26,294 nt of DNA from Methanothrix sp. (GTDB lineage: Archaea > Halobacteriota > Methanosarcinia > Methanotrichales > Methanotrichaceae), in assembly GCA_040770465.1 (NCBI GenBank), contig JAXGJB010000038.1, positions 1 to 26,294 on the forward strand. The letters run 5' to 3'. The notes under the pieces were generated by a model. It ran no database searches. It saw nothing but the letters and a program-made list of their open reading frames with translations, and was not told the DNA's origin. Positions 1 to 8,316 of this stretch are shown one piece after another. The position numbers were made by a program, and so were the translations under genes. The stretch's first letter is position 1; each line of letters starts with the position of its first letter.

Positions 1-1
1 A

Positions 2-889
2 ATCGAGTACCTCCCCCTCTGGAAAGACGCCCCCCTCGAGCCTCTCCTCCGCCGGATCTCAAATGATGCAAAGCCCGAGGCCCTCGCCGTCGTCATGACC
101 GGAGAGCTTGCCGACTGCTTCTCGAACAAAAGGTCGGGCGTCCTCTTCATCAAGGGGGCGGTCGAGCGGTCCTTCTCGTGCCCGGTCAGGTTCTGGGGGG
201 TCGATGGATTCCGGTGGACCGACGCGGCCGACCTCGCCGCAGCCAACTGGTCCGCCTCGGCGAGCCTCGTCTCAAAAGAGATCGGCGACTGCATCTTCGT
301 GGACATGGGCTCCACCACCACCGACCTGATACCGATAAAGTCCGGGCCCAAGGCCGGACGAACCGACTTCGAGCGGCTGGCCCGAGGCGAGCTGATATAC
401 TCGGGGCTTCTGAGGACGAACCTGGCCTTCCTTCTCCGAGAGGTGGAGATCGGAGATAGACGCGTTCCCCTATCCTCGGAGCTATTCGCCATCGCCGCCG
501 ACGCCCACCTCGTCATGGGCGATATCGCCGAGGGCGAGTACACCGTCGAGACCCCCGACGGCTCCGGTAAGGACAGGATCTCGGCCGAGAGGAGGCTCGC
601 TCGGACCGTCTGCGCAGACCCCGAGGAGATCGGCACAGAAGTGGTCGAGGCGATCGCCCGCCAGGCGAAGGCCCGGCAGGAGAGGCTCCTGACAGACGGG
701 ATCCAGAGATTGGCAGAGGAGCACGTCCTGGACCAGGTCGTCGCCGCCGGGATCGGCGAGGCTCTGATCGAGGAGGCGGCCCGCAAGCTGGATCTCGAAT
801 GCGTTCGGCTCTCGCAAAGATATGGAAGATCGGTCTCCGACGTCTTCCCCGCATACGCCGTGGCCCGTCTTCTGGAGATTTGGGGTTGA
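2..889 (+). CDS. mfnF: Hydantoinase/oxoprolinase-family H4MPT/methanofuran-linked protein (MfnF/Orf9-like), 5' truncated by window
   Basis: Frame is open from base 2 (IEYLPLWKD...AVVMTGELADCF). Motifs MTGELADCF, AAANW, DMGSTTTDLIPI, TPDG and FPAYAVA are typical of this archaeal family. Confidence 0.72.
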   Translation: MEYLPLWKDAPLEPLLRRISNDAKPEALAVVMTGELADCFSNKRSGVLFIKGAVERSFSCPVRFWGVDGFRWTDAADLAAANWSASASLVSKEIGDCIFVDMGSTTTDLIPIKSGPKAGRTDFERLARGELIYSGLLRTNLAFLLREVEIGDRRVPLSSELFAIAADAHLVMGDIAEGEYTVETPDGSGKDRISAERRLARTVCADPEEIGTEVVEAIARQAKARQERLLTDGIQRLAEEHVLDQVVAAGIGEALIEEAARKLDLECVRLSQRYGRSVSDVFPAYAVARLLEIWG

Positions 890-892
890 GGT

Positions 893-2521
893 CTAGCCCC
901 CAAACCCGTGGGCGAGGTAGGGGGCGACGATGATGAAGATCAGCGACGAGAAGATCAGCCAGGCCATCGTTGCCACCACGGCCCTCGTCATCCTCTCCGC
1001 CCTCGCCTCGTTCTTGAAGATCGCCGCAAACCCCATGTGCAGCAAATCCCGGAAGATGTGGCCTCCGTCCAGAGGCACCGCCGGTAGGCAGTTGAAGAGG
1101 CCGGCGTAGAGGTTGATCAGCCCGACCCAGAAGAGGAAGTTCGCCAGCCAGAAGATCTTGCCGCCGAGGGGCTCAGCCCAGCCGGTCGGCTCGTAAAGCT
1201 GGGTTATCCACCCCGAGAAGCCGGGAAAGCCCATCTCAGTAAAGCCGGAGATCCCAGAGAAGGGAAGGAACATGAAAGATATCAAGCCATCGAGGCCGGA
1301 CCTTGGCATCTCCTGGAGGGACGCAAGGAATGGCCCCGCCGGGAACTCCTGGAACGTGGCGCCGTCGAAGTAGACGGCGTTCGCCGAGCCCCAGAAGAAT
1401 CCGACGCCGATGAACCCCGTCCCCGATCCGTCCGGGTTGGCGGTCAGGTTGACCCTGTACTCGCCCCGGTTCGTCCCGATGGCGACGGTCTCTCCTTCTC
1501 GCGTCCCGTTCATGAACGACCTGAAGGAATTCCAGTCCGGGGTTGGGACGCCGTCGATCTCGGAGATGGTGACCCCCGAGACCATGCCAGCCTCCTCGGC
1601 CGCCGACCCATCGAAGACGTAGGAGACGACGACGCCCCGCCGGAGCGGCCCCTCCGCGTCCAGATCCACGGTCTCGGTCTCATCGCCCCGGAGGAGCTTG
1701 AGTCTCGTCGGCCCACCTTCGTTTCCAATTAGACCATCAAGATTCTCGATCTGCACGCCGTCGGCTTCAAGAAGGATCATCTGCTCCTCAAAGCCGGCCA
1801 GGTCCGCGTCGGAGCCCGGGGCCACGTCCACCACAACGACCCTGTCGACGGGGGCGATCGCCCCGATCACCGGCCCGAAGAATAGGGCGAGGGCGAGAGC
1901 CGCCACGACGAAGTTTGCTATCACCCCCGCCGAGAGGATCCGGACCCGGGCGGCCCGGGTCGCCTTCGCCCTCTTATCTTCCGACCCGAAGAGCTCCACC
2001 TCGTCCGGCTCGACGAAGGCTGCCACCGGTGCTATCAGAAGGGCGATCCCCATCGACTTGACACGGATCCCCTCGGCCCTGCAGAGGATGCCGTGACTGA
2101 ACTCGTGGACCGCCATCGTCACGAAGAGGGCGATCCAGGCAAACCAGGGGATGAACTGGTTTATCCCCGGTATCAGAAGGACGTTTCTAGGGGCTGTGTA
2201 GACGGACGGTTCCGGTGGCGCCCGCATAACAGCCAGGGTCGTCAGGAGGAAGAAGGCGAGAAACGAGAACATCCCCAGGACGACGAGGGGTATCCCGGCG
2301 GTGATGGCGAGCCTCCAGAACCTCTTCGGGCCGCTGAGCCGGTCGATCAACCCCAGCCACCTGTTGGTTCTGATCATGATCACCGGACCCCAGTTCCCGA
2401 TATTCAGCCCCCCGAAGCCCCGGACCCTGCTCAGCCGCACGGCCAGGACCCAGTGGAGGTTCAGGGCGAGGATCGCGATCAAGAGCCAGTCGTAGATGGT
2501 CAGCTCCAGGCTAAATTCCAA
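893..2521 (-). CDS. Site-2 protease (M50 intramembrane metalloprotease) with PDZ domains
   Basis: HEFSH zinc motif, AGVIAN and NCLPAVPLDGG motifs, multiple TM segments, two PDZ-like repeats (VAPGSDADLAG, VFDGSAAEEAG); TTG start. Confidence 0.93.
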   Translation of the reverse strand: MEFSLELTIYDWLLIAILALNLHWVLAVRLSRVRGFGGLNIGNWGPVIMIRTNRWLGLIDRLSGPKRFWRLAITAGIPLVVLGMFSFLAFFLLTTLAVMRAPPEPSVYTAPRNVLLIPGINQFIPWFAWIALFVTMAVHEFSHGILCRAEGIRVKSMGIALLIAPVAAFVEPDEVELFGSEDKRAKATRAARVRILSAGVIANFVVAALALALFFGPVIGAIAPVDRVVVVDVAPGSDADLAGFEEQMILLEADGVQIENLDGLIGNEGGPTRLKLLRGDETETVDLDAEGPLRRGVVVSYVFDGSAAEEAGMVSGVTISEIDGVPTPDWNSFRSFMNGTREGETVAIGTNRGEYRVNLTANPDGSGTGFIGVGFFWGSANAVYFDGATFQEFPAGPFLASLQEMPRSGLDGLISFMFLPFSGISGFTEMGFPGFSGWITQLYEPTGWAEPLGGKIFWLANFLFWVGLINLYAGLFNCLPAVPLDGGHIFRDLLHMGFAAIFKNEARAERMTRAVVATMAWLIFSSLIFIIVAPYLAHGFGG

Positions 2522-2574
2522 ATTTTCGTCCTCCGGCGTTCGAGTTCTGTGAAATCGTTCCGGTTCTGATAAGT

Positions 2575-2802
2575 GTGGCGGTCCACCTTCTGCACCTGGA
2601 TCTCAGGGGACGGACCCCGGTTAACCTGGCGACCAACGTCGATAAGTCGGAGAGGTTCGGCACGCCCTTCTTTGCCACCAGGAGGGAGGTAACAACCCTC
2701 GCCGTCGGGACTGCTGAGAAGAGGGGCATGGCCCTGGTGGTCTCCGCCCGAAAGGCCGGGATGAACGTCCGCGTCGGGGAGGATATGGTCACCCTGGAAC
2801 GA
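2575..2802 (+). pseudogene. Unannotated coding-like segment, probable gene remnant (C-terminal fragment)
   Basis: 62 of 76 codons end in G/C (hand count), like host genes. No stop codon before it meets the convergent KH gene stop, and no clear RBS. Confidence 0.45.
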
Positions 2803-3336
2803 TCAGAGGTCGCCGATGCTGGATCGGACCAGCTCCTGGTTCTTCTTCTCCAGGTAGCCGTAAACGGCTCCGTGGGGAGCACCGTCCATCAGCATCTCGA
2901 TGGCGGTCCGGGCGATCCGGATCTGGTCGGGGTTTCCGATGATCCCGACGGTCTTTCCGTAGACCGAGATCCCGACCCCCGTCAGCTTCTCGGTGATCTC
3001 TCGGGTCCTGCCGTCTTTGCCGATTATCCTTCCCTTGATCCGGGCCATGTCGCTTTTGGTGTTGCAGACCCGGGAGAGGTCTATGACGTCCAGCATCATC
3101 AATTCATCTTCGAGGAGCGGAAAGGCCCTCTCGGGGGAGAAGCCTCTGCCTATCGCCCGGACGATCTCGGCGAGGCGCATCGCCATGATGGGGTCTTCTC
3201 CGGCGATGACCTCCACGGCGCCGGTCTCGCTGTCGATATCAAGAGTTGCGCCGGTCTTCTCCTCGAACATGCTCTTGACCGATCCCGAAGGGCCTACAAG
3301 AGCCCCAATTCGATCTGCTGGAATCTTGATGTGCAA
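2803..3336 (-). CDS. KH-domain pre-rRNA processing protein (Dim2/Pno1 homolog)
   Basis: Two KH GxxG loops (IGALVGPSG, RIIGKDG), GRGFSPE and GAPHGAVY; downstream of rio1. Start placed at TTG 3336 after GGAG (ORF track start is 3360). Confidence 0.9.
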   Translation of the reverse strand: MHIKIPADRIGALVGPSGSVKSMFEEKTGATLDIDSETGAVEVIAGEDPIMAMRLAEIVRAIGRGFSPERAFPLLEDELMMLDVIDLSRVCNTKSDMARIKGRIIGKDGRTREITEKLTGVGISVYGKTVGIIGNPDQIRIARTAIEMLMDGAPHGAVYGYLEKKNQELVRSSIGDL

Positions 3337-3391
3337 AAGTATCAGTCTCCGCGAATCCAATTCATCTGGTCGTGTTTCGTATTATAGAAGT

Positions 3392-3445
3392 TTCAGCCCT
3401 TCACTTCCGGCCCGGAGCTTCAGCCTTCCTTTCCGGCCCGGATCT
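3392..3445. repeat. Imperfect ~27-bp tandem duplication of the rio1 3' end
   Basis: TTCAGCCCTTCACTTCCGGCCCGGAGCT (3392-3419) versus TTCAGCCTTCCTTTCCGGCCCGGATCT (3419-3445). Confidence 0.75.
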
Positions 3446-4205
3446 TCTCTTTTATGAACTCCTCTGTGCCGATGCCGTACCTCTTCTTGAAGTAGCGAGC
3501 GAGGTTTGATATGTCCCTCTCAATAAAGCTCCTGGCCATGGGGTGGTCCAGGGTCACCGACTGGCCCATATCGATGATCACGGGCTCGCCGTCGTCGTAG
3601 AGGATGTTGAACTCGCTCAGGTCGGCGTGGACCAGGTTCGCTCTGTTGTAGAGGACGGATACGTAATCGGCGATCTTCTCGAAGGCGTGCTCTGCCTCCT
3701 TCTGATCCAGGACGACGTCCTTGATCTGAGGCGCTGGAGCGTCCTCCGACCCCACCATCTCCATGACGAGGATGTTCTCTCTCATGGCGATCGGATGAGG
3801 CACCTTCACCCCCACCTCCTCGGCCCGCTTGAGGTTTCTGTACTCCTTTCTCGTCCAAGCCGTGACGACCGCCCTCTTGGTCCCCTTGATGCTTCCGAAC
3901 CGGGGGTCGCCCTGGAGGTAGTTTTGCATCGCCTTGAAGTTGCTGGTATTTATGCGGTATATTTTTATGGCGAGGTCGGCGCCGTCTTCGCCCTTGCCTC
4001 GGAAGATGTTCGCTTCCTTGCCGGTGCTCACAGACCCGCCGAGGGAGGTGATTTGCCCTTTGCTCGCCAGGGCGTAAAGGTCCATCAGGGCGCGCCGGTC
4101 GAAGACCTCGTCTTGTACCTTCAGGTCGTCAGAATCTTTGATTCGCTCCCGCGAGAGGTCGATCTTCTTATCGAGCTGTCTTTGCTTCTTGGAATCCTCG
4201 GTCAT
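3420..4205 (-). CDS. rio1: RIO1 serine/threonine protein kinase
   Basis: STGKEANIF, AIKIYR, LVHADLSEFNIL and IIDMGQSV motifs; ATG at 4205 directly after the aIF1A stop. Confidence 0.95.
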   Translation of the reverse strand: MTEDSKKQRQLDKKIDLSRERIKDSDDLKVQDEVFDRRALMDLYALASKGQITSLGGSVSTGKEANIFRGKGEDGADLAIKIYRINTSNFKAMQNYLQGDPRFGSIKGTKRAVVTAWTRKEYRNLKRAEEVGVKVPHPIAMRENILVMEMVGSEDAPAPQIKDVVLDQKEAEHAFEKIADYVSVLYNRANLVHADLSEFNILYDDGEPVIIDMGQSVTLDHPMARSFIERDISNLARYFKKRYGIGTEEFIKEKIRAGKEG

Positions 4206-4207
4206 GC

Positions 4208-4537
4208 CTACCTTTTGAGGTACCCTTTTCGCACCAAGTAATCGACCTGAGGCCCGGTATACCTCCATACGACGTCAGCCTTCTCGTCCTGGAAATCCCA
4301 GGGGACCACGATGACCACGTCGCCTTCCCGGATCCAGATCCTCTTCTTCATCTTGCCGGGGATTCTCGCCATCCTCTCTTTGCCGTCGAGACATCTAACC
4401 ATCAGCCTGTTGGAGCCGAGGAGGGTTTCCACGAATCCAAACACTTCTCTGTCATACCCTCGCGGAAGGCGGACCCGGGTTACGATCTCCGGACCTTGTG
4501 CATCCCTCTTCCTCTTCGTACTTGCATAATTTGCCAG
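4208..4537 (-). CDS. eif1a: Translation initiation factor aIF-1A
   Basis: [47 protein letters not shown] is the aIF1A OB-fold signature. Start placed at CTG 4537, 3 nt after GAGGTGAT; alternative ATGs at 4567 and 4579 lack an SD. Confidence 0.93.
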   Translation of the reverse strand: MANYASTKRKRDAQGPEIVTRVRLPRGYDREVFGFVETLLGSNRLMVRCLDGKERMARIPGKMKKRIWIREGDVVIVVPWDFQDEKADVVWRYTGPQVDYLVRKGYLKR

Positions 4538-4661
4538 CGTATCACCTCTGGAGAACGAATCAAGCATCAAATCCGACATTTAGGGGCAGATAACCTGAAG
4601 TTCATTCAGCTGTGCTAATGGCCGGATATGATAATTAAAGCTTGTGACCAAAAGAGGCCGA

Positions 4662-4735
4662 TGGGCCCGACGCGATTCGAACGCGTGATCCCCGCCGTGT
4701 GAAGGCGATGTCATAACCACCTAGACCACGGGCCC
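4662..4735 (-). tRNA. tRNA-Val(CAC)
   Basis: Reverse complement is GGGCCCG...TCGCC-TT-CAC-AC-GGCGG...GTTCGAATC...CGGGCCC-A, a full cloverleaf; CCA not encoded. Confidence 0.96.
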
Positions 4736-4759
4736 TCAGCTCCAACCCACGACTCCATG

Positions 4760-4777
4760 CCTATTTAGTATTTTTCC
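4760..4777 (-). promoter_or_regulatory. BRE/TATA promoter of tRNA-Val
   Basis: Minus strand reads GGAAAAATACTAAATAG, about 26-40 nt upstream of the tRNA 5' end. Confidence 0.55.
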
Positions 4778-4855
4778 TCGACATCCTCCGGAGGATCGGG
4801 CCGGGATGGGGCGTTTATAGGACCCTTTAAATAGTAACTCGACGAGGTGGTGGGG

Positions 4856-5680
4856 ATGGATCTCTGCCTCTGCCGACTGCTCCCGGGACCCGAATCGCCC
4901 GGCCCCCTCATATCCCTCCTTGGAGGGGTGTTGAAGGTGAGAGCGCATGGAGGGTGCGTCCCCCGGCATGTCGCCATCATCCAGGACGGAAACCGCCGGT
5001 ATGCAAAGATGAGGGGCGTATCCAGCTTCGAAGGCCACAGCCGGGGCGCCGAGACGACGGAGATGGTCGCCGACTGGTGTCTGGAGCTGGGGATAAAGCA
5101 CCTCTCCGTCTACACCTTCTCCACCGAGAACTTCGACCGGGACGAGGCGGAGAAGGAGTACCTCTTCGAGCTTATAGAGCGGAAGCTTCTGGAGCTGGCG
5201 GCCTCAGATAAGGTCCACAAAAACAAAATCCGGGTGAGGGCCATCGGCAGGATCGGCCTGTTGCCCGGCCCCCTGCAGGAAGCTATTCGGAAGGTGGAGG
5301 CTGCCACCTGCGACTACGACCGGATGCACTTCAACCTGGCCCTCGCCTACGGTGGAAAGAGCGAGCTTGCCGACGCCGCACGGGCGCTGGCCATCGATGT
5401 CAGAGCAGGAAGCCTCGACCCTGGAGACCTGGACCAGGACCTGGTGGCGTCTCATCTGTACCCTCATGGGGGCGAGACCCTCCCGAAGGTGGATCTGATA
5501 ATAAGGACCGGCGGCGAGGTCCGGACCTCGAACTTTCTCCCCTGGCAGGCGAACGGGAACAGCTGTCCCGTCCACTTCTGCGCCCCTTACTGGCCCCAGT
5601 TCGGAAGGGTCGAGTTTCTGAGGGCGATAAGGACATTCCAGGCATGTCGTGGTCGGAGTTACTCAAATCAACAGGCTTAA
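4856..5680 (+). CDS. uppS: cis-prenyltransferase (undecaprenyl/polyprenyl diphosphate synthase)
   Basis: HVAIIQDGNRRYA, YTFSTENFDR, LAYGG and DLIIRTGGEVRTSNFLPWQ motifs. Start is 4856 (ATG) or 4847 (GTG); TTTAAATA at 4826-4833. Confidence 0.92.
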   Translation: MDLCLCRLLPGPESPGPLISLLGGVLKVRAHGGCVPRHVAIIQDGNRRYAKMRGVSSFEGHSRGAETTEMVADWCLELGIKHLSVYTFSTENFDRDEAEKEYLFELIERKLLELAASDKVHKNKIRVRAIGRIGLLPGPLQEAIRKVEAATCDYDRMHFNLALAYGGKSELADAARALAIDVRAGSLDPGDLDQDLVASHLYPHGGETLPKVDLIIRTGGEVRTSNFLPWQANGNSCPVHFCAPYWPQFGRVEFLRAIRTFQACRGRSYSNQQA

Positions 5681-5707
5681 TTACCATAACCGTCTATCGG
5701 CCATCGT

Positions 5708-5799
5708 GTCCCGATAGGGTAGTGGATATCCTAGAGGCCTGCGGAGCAGGAATTTCGCGCAGAGAGCCTCAGACCCGGGTTCGAATCCCGGTCGGGACG
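5708..5799 (+). tRNA. tRNA-Arg(GCG) with a 20-nt intron (5745-5764) at the canonical 37/38 position
   Basis: Acceptor stem GTCCCGA/TCGGGAC-G, anticodon arm GAGGC-CT-GCG-G[intron]A-GCCTC, T-loop GTTCGAATC. CTGC pairs with intron GCAG between two 3-nt bulges (bulge-helix-bulge). Confidence 0.95.
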
Positions 5800-5810
5800 T
5801 TTCTCAAACC

Positions 5811-5878
5811 GATGGACGAATCGTTTGATGAATCGATAGATGAATCGTTGGACGAATCGATAGATGAATTGATGGATG
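5811..5878. repeat. Degenerate 12-bp tandem repeat, about 5.7 copies
   Basis: GATGGACGAATC GTTTGATGAATC GATAGATGAATC GTTGGACGAATC GATAGATGAATT GATGGATG. Confidence 0.9.
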
Positions 5879-5888
5879 TTTGGTTTTC

Positions 5889-7229
5889 ATGGTTCTGGAT
5901 AACCTTGGCGGGTCTCTGAGGGGGGCGCTGAAGAAGATCGCTTCCGCCAGCAGGATAGATAAGCAGGTCGTCGACGAGGCGGTGCGGGAGATCCAGCGGG
6001 CCCTCCTCCAGGCCGACGTCAACGTCAAGCTGGTGATGAACCTCTCAAACAGGATCCGGGATCGGGCCCTCTCCGAGAAGCCCGCCCCCGGGATGAACCC
6101 CCGAGAGCACGTCATCAACATCGTCTACCAGGAGCTCTTGAGCCTCGTCGGCAAAAGCTCGCCCGTAACCCTCGAGAAACAGACGATAATGCTCGTCGGC
6201 CTTCAGGGGAGCGGCAAGACCACCACTGCGGCGAAGCTTGCCACATTCTTCCAGAGGAAGGGGCTCCGGTCAGCGGTCGTCTGCGCCGACACATTCAGGG
6301 CCGGAGCCTACGACCAGCTGAAGGCCCTCTGCGAGAAGCAGGGGGTCTTCTTCTACGGCGAGAAGGGTAACCCCGACGCCCCCGCCGTCGCCAAAAGGGG
6401 CCTAGAAGCCAGCAAGAAGTACGACGTCCAGATCGTCGACACCGCCGGGAGGCACGCCCTGGAGGCGGACCTGATCCAGGAGATGATGGACATCGACGCC
6501 GTCGTCCACGCCGACCACAAGCTCCTGGTGATGGACGCGGCCCTCGGCCAGCAGGCGAGCGAGCAGGCGAAGGCCTTCAACAATGCCGTCGGCATCACCG
6601 GCGTCATCATCACCAAGCTCGACGGTACCGCCAAGGGTGGCGGGGCCATGTCCGCCGTCGCCGAGACGAACTCGTCGGTCGCCTTCATCGGGGTCGGCGA
6701 GACCCCCAATGATCTGGAGCGGTTCGAGGCGGACCGGTTCATATCCCGGCTCCTGGGGATGGGGGACATCAAGACCCTGATCGAGCGGGCCCAGGAGACG
6801 AAGATGGAGGAGGAGGTGGACGTCGACGCCCTGATGCGGGGCAAGTTCACCCTCAAGGACATGTGCAAGCAGATGGAGGCGATCAACAAGATGGGCCCCC
6901 TGAAGCAGATCATGCAGATGCTCCCCCTGGGCGGGATGGGGCTTGACATCTCCGACCAGGAGTACCAGGTCACCAAGGACCGGCTCGACAAGTACAGGGT
7001 GATCATGTCCTCCATGACCGAGGCGGAGCTCGAGGACCCCAAGATCATCACCGCCTCACGAATCAAGCGGATCTCCCGAGGGAGCGGAACTCAACCTGAG
7101 CTGGTGCGGGAGCTGCTCAAATCCCACAAGGCGATGCAGAAGGCCCTCAAGGGGATGCGGGGGATGAACAAGATGGGGATGAAGCGGATGATGAAGAAGT
7201 TCGGCCCCATGATGGGCGGCGGGATGTAG
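5889..7229 (+). CDS. srp54: Signal recognition particle protein SRP54
   Basis: MVLDNLG N-terminus, [34 protein letters not shown] and a Met-rich M domain. Confidence 0.98.
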   Translation: MVLDNLGGSLRGALKKIASASRIDKQVVDEAVREIQRALLQADVNVKLVMNLSNRIRDRALSEKPAPGMNPREHVINIVYQELLSLVGKSSPVTLEKQTIMLVGLQGSGKTTTAAKLATFFQRKGLRSAVVCADTFRAGAYDQLKALCEKQGVFFYGEKGNPDAPAVAKRGLEASKKYDVQIVDTAGRHALEADLIQEMMDIDAVVHADHKLLVMDAALGQQASEQAKAFNNAVGITGVIITKLDGTAKGGGAMSAVAETNSSVAFIGVGETPNDLERFEADRFISRLLGMGDIKTLIERAQETKMEEEVDVDALMRGKFTLKDMCKQMEAINKMGPLKQIMQMLPLGGMGLDISDQEYQVTKDRLDKYRVIMSSMTEAELEDPKIITASRIKRISRGSGTQPELVRELLKSHKAMQKALKGMRGMNKMGMKRMMKKFGPMMGGGM

Positions 7230-7247
7230 GCCGTCGCGACGTCTCCA

Positions 7248-7267
7248 TTTTCTCCGCTAATTTTTTT
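7248..7267 (+). terminator. Oligo-T archaeal terminator after srp54
   Basis: TTTT and TTTTTTT tracts 19-38 nt after the stop. Confidence 0.45.
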
Positions 7268-7454
7268 AAATCTTGGGCGTCTTTGAATCAGATACTGAAC
7301 TAAAGTGTCTCCGCAACTTTTCCATTGAATATAGTCGTATGATCTGAAATTTTGACGCGAATCTATTCTCTCGGAGGATTATATAACTCAGCCATTGTTA
7401 AATTCTTCATCATAATTGCCGGGGTACAGACACCATAAAAGACCTCGAGGACTG

Positions 7455-8178
7455 TTATTGCCACCACCACGGCCTTTGATCTAGATTGAGCCTATTTTTA
7501 TTAATTTGAGCTGTAATTGGGCAATATGGATTCCCATTATCCCATAATTTATCAAAAGCACTTTCAAAAATATCTATTATGAAAGGCTCTTCAATTAGTA
7601 ATCCAATTTTATCCTTTTTAGATGTGTCAGATATTACTATTATTAATTTACTATTTTTATTATGATATTTAAAAATTACATAATTGCACACTCCGAAATC
7701 GAGTTCCTTAATACTTAATATATTAAAATTTATATAATAATTTAGCTGTTTGAGTCTTTTCTCATATAATTCGATAAATCTGTTCGACATATCGTTAAAA
7801 CGAAACATTGTTCCAAGAGTCGGACCGAAACTTGATATAAGTTCAAAATAAGAGTATAACGGCTTTTCTCTAGATGATTTTAATAATTTACATTTAAATT
7901 TGGGAAATTTTTGCTTTAAAAATAGTTTCTCAGTTATCCAAAGAGATGTTGTTGTAATTTTGATCTCTTTTAATCCTTTATCCTCTAATATATCGTAGAT
8001 TATATTCGAAAATCTCTCCGATCCAATAACTGTAAAAAAAGTTGGTATGTAGTCGGATATCCCTAGAAATGATTTTGGTGGATGATGCAATCTCGATAAG
8101 GCCATTTCACCAAATGTTGATAATATAGTAACGCCGATCAACGATTTAATATCCAAATTTTCATAATATAGAATATTC
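7455..8178 (-). pseudogene. 3' part (239 aa) of IS-interrupted AT-rich membrane protein gene, PLD-fold-like C-terminal domain
   Basis: Joins in frame with 9314-9778 once the IS and one TSD copy are removed (...ADAMN|ILYYENLD...). C-terminal GLLIEEPFIIDIFESAFDKLW resembles the terminal helix of PLD-like/TrmB-C folds; no HKD motif. Confidence 0.85.
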
Positions 8179-8298
8179 GAGGATTTCGATTTACTGGTTG
8201 AGAGAGCGCGTTTTGGTCCCCAAATCCAATTATCAGCGTCATATTTGCCCCGCTCACGCGCCATATCTTCTTAATTTGGCCTAATTCTCAGCAATTTT

Positions 8299-8316
8299 AG
8301 ATAGCTTCCGCTATCT
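8299..8316 (-). terminator. Stem-loop directly after the transposase stop
   Basis: Minus strand AGATAGC-GGAA-GCTATCT: 7-bp stem with GNRA loop. Confidence 0.45.

Noticed and set aside
2803-3387. Distal part of the 270-aa + strand ORF 2575-3387
   Set aside because: Exact antisense frame of the KH gene, which stays open in GC-rich coding DNA; only the part before 2803 shows its own coding bias.
5694-5717. CTATCGG/CCGATAG hairpin overlapping the tRNA-Arg 5' end
   Set aside because: The upstream arm probably lies before the TSS implied by TTAATTA at about 5677-5683; only 7 bp.
5811-5878. Repeat as a possible CRISPR array
   Set aside because: Contiguous 12-bp units, no spacers and no cas genes.
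7304-7434. GTGTCT...AGACAC inverted pair as a MITE at the islet left edge
   Set aside because: Only 6 bp match and no convincing TSD.
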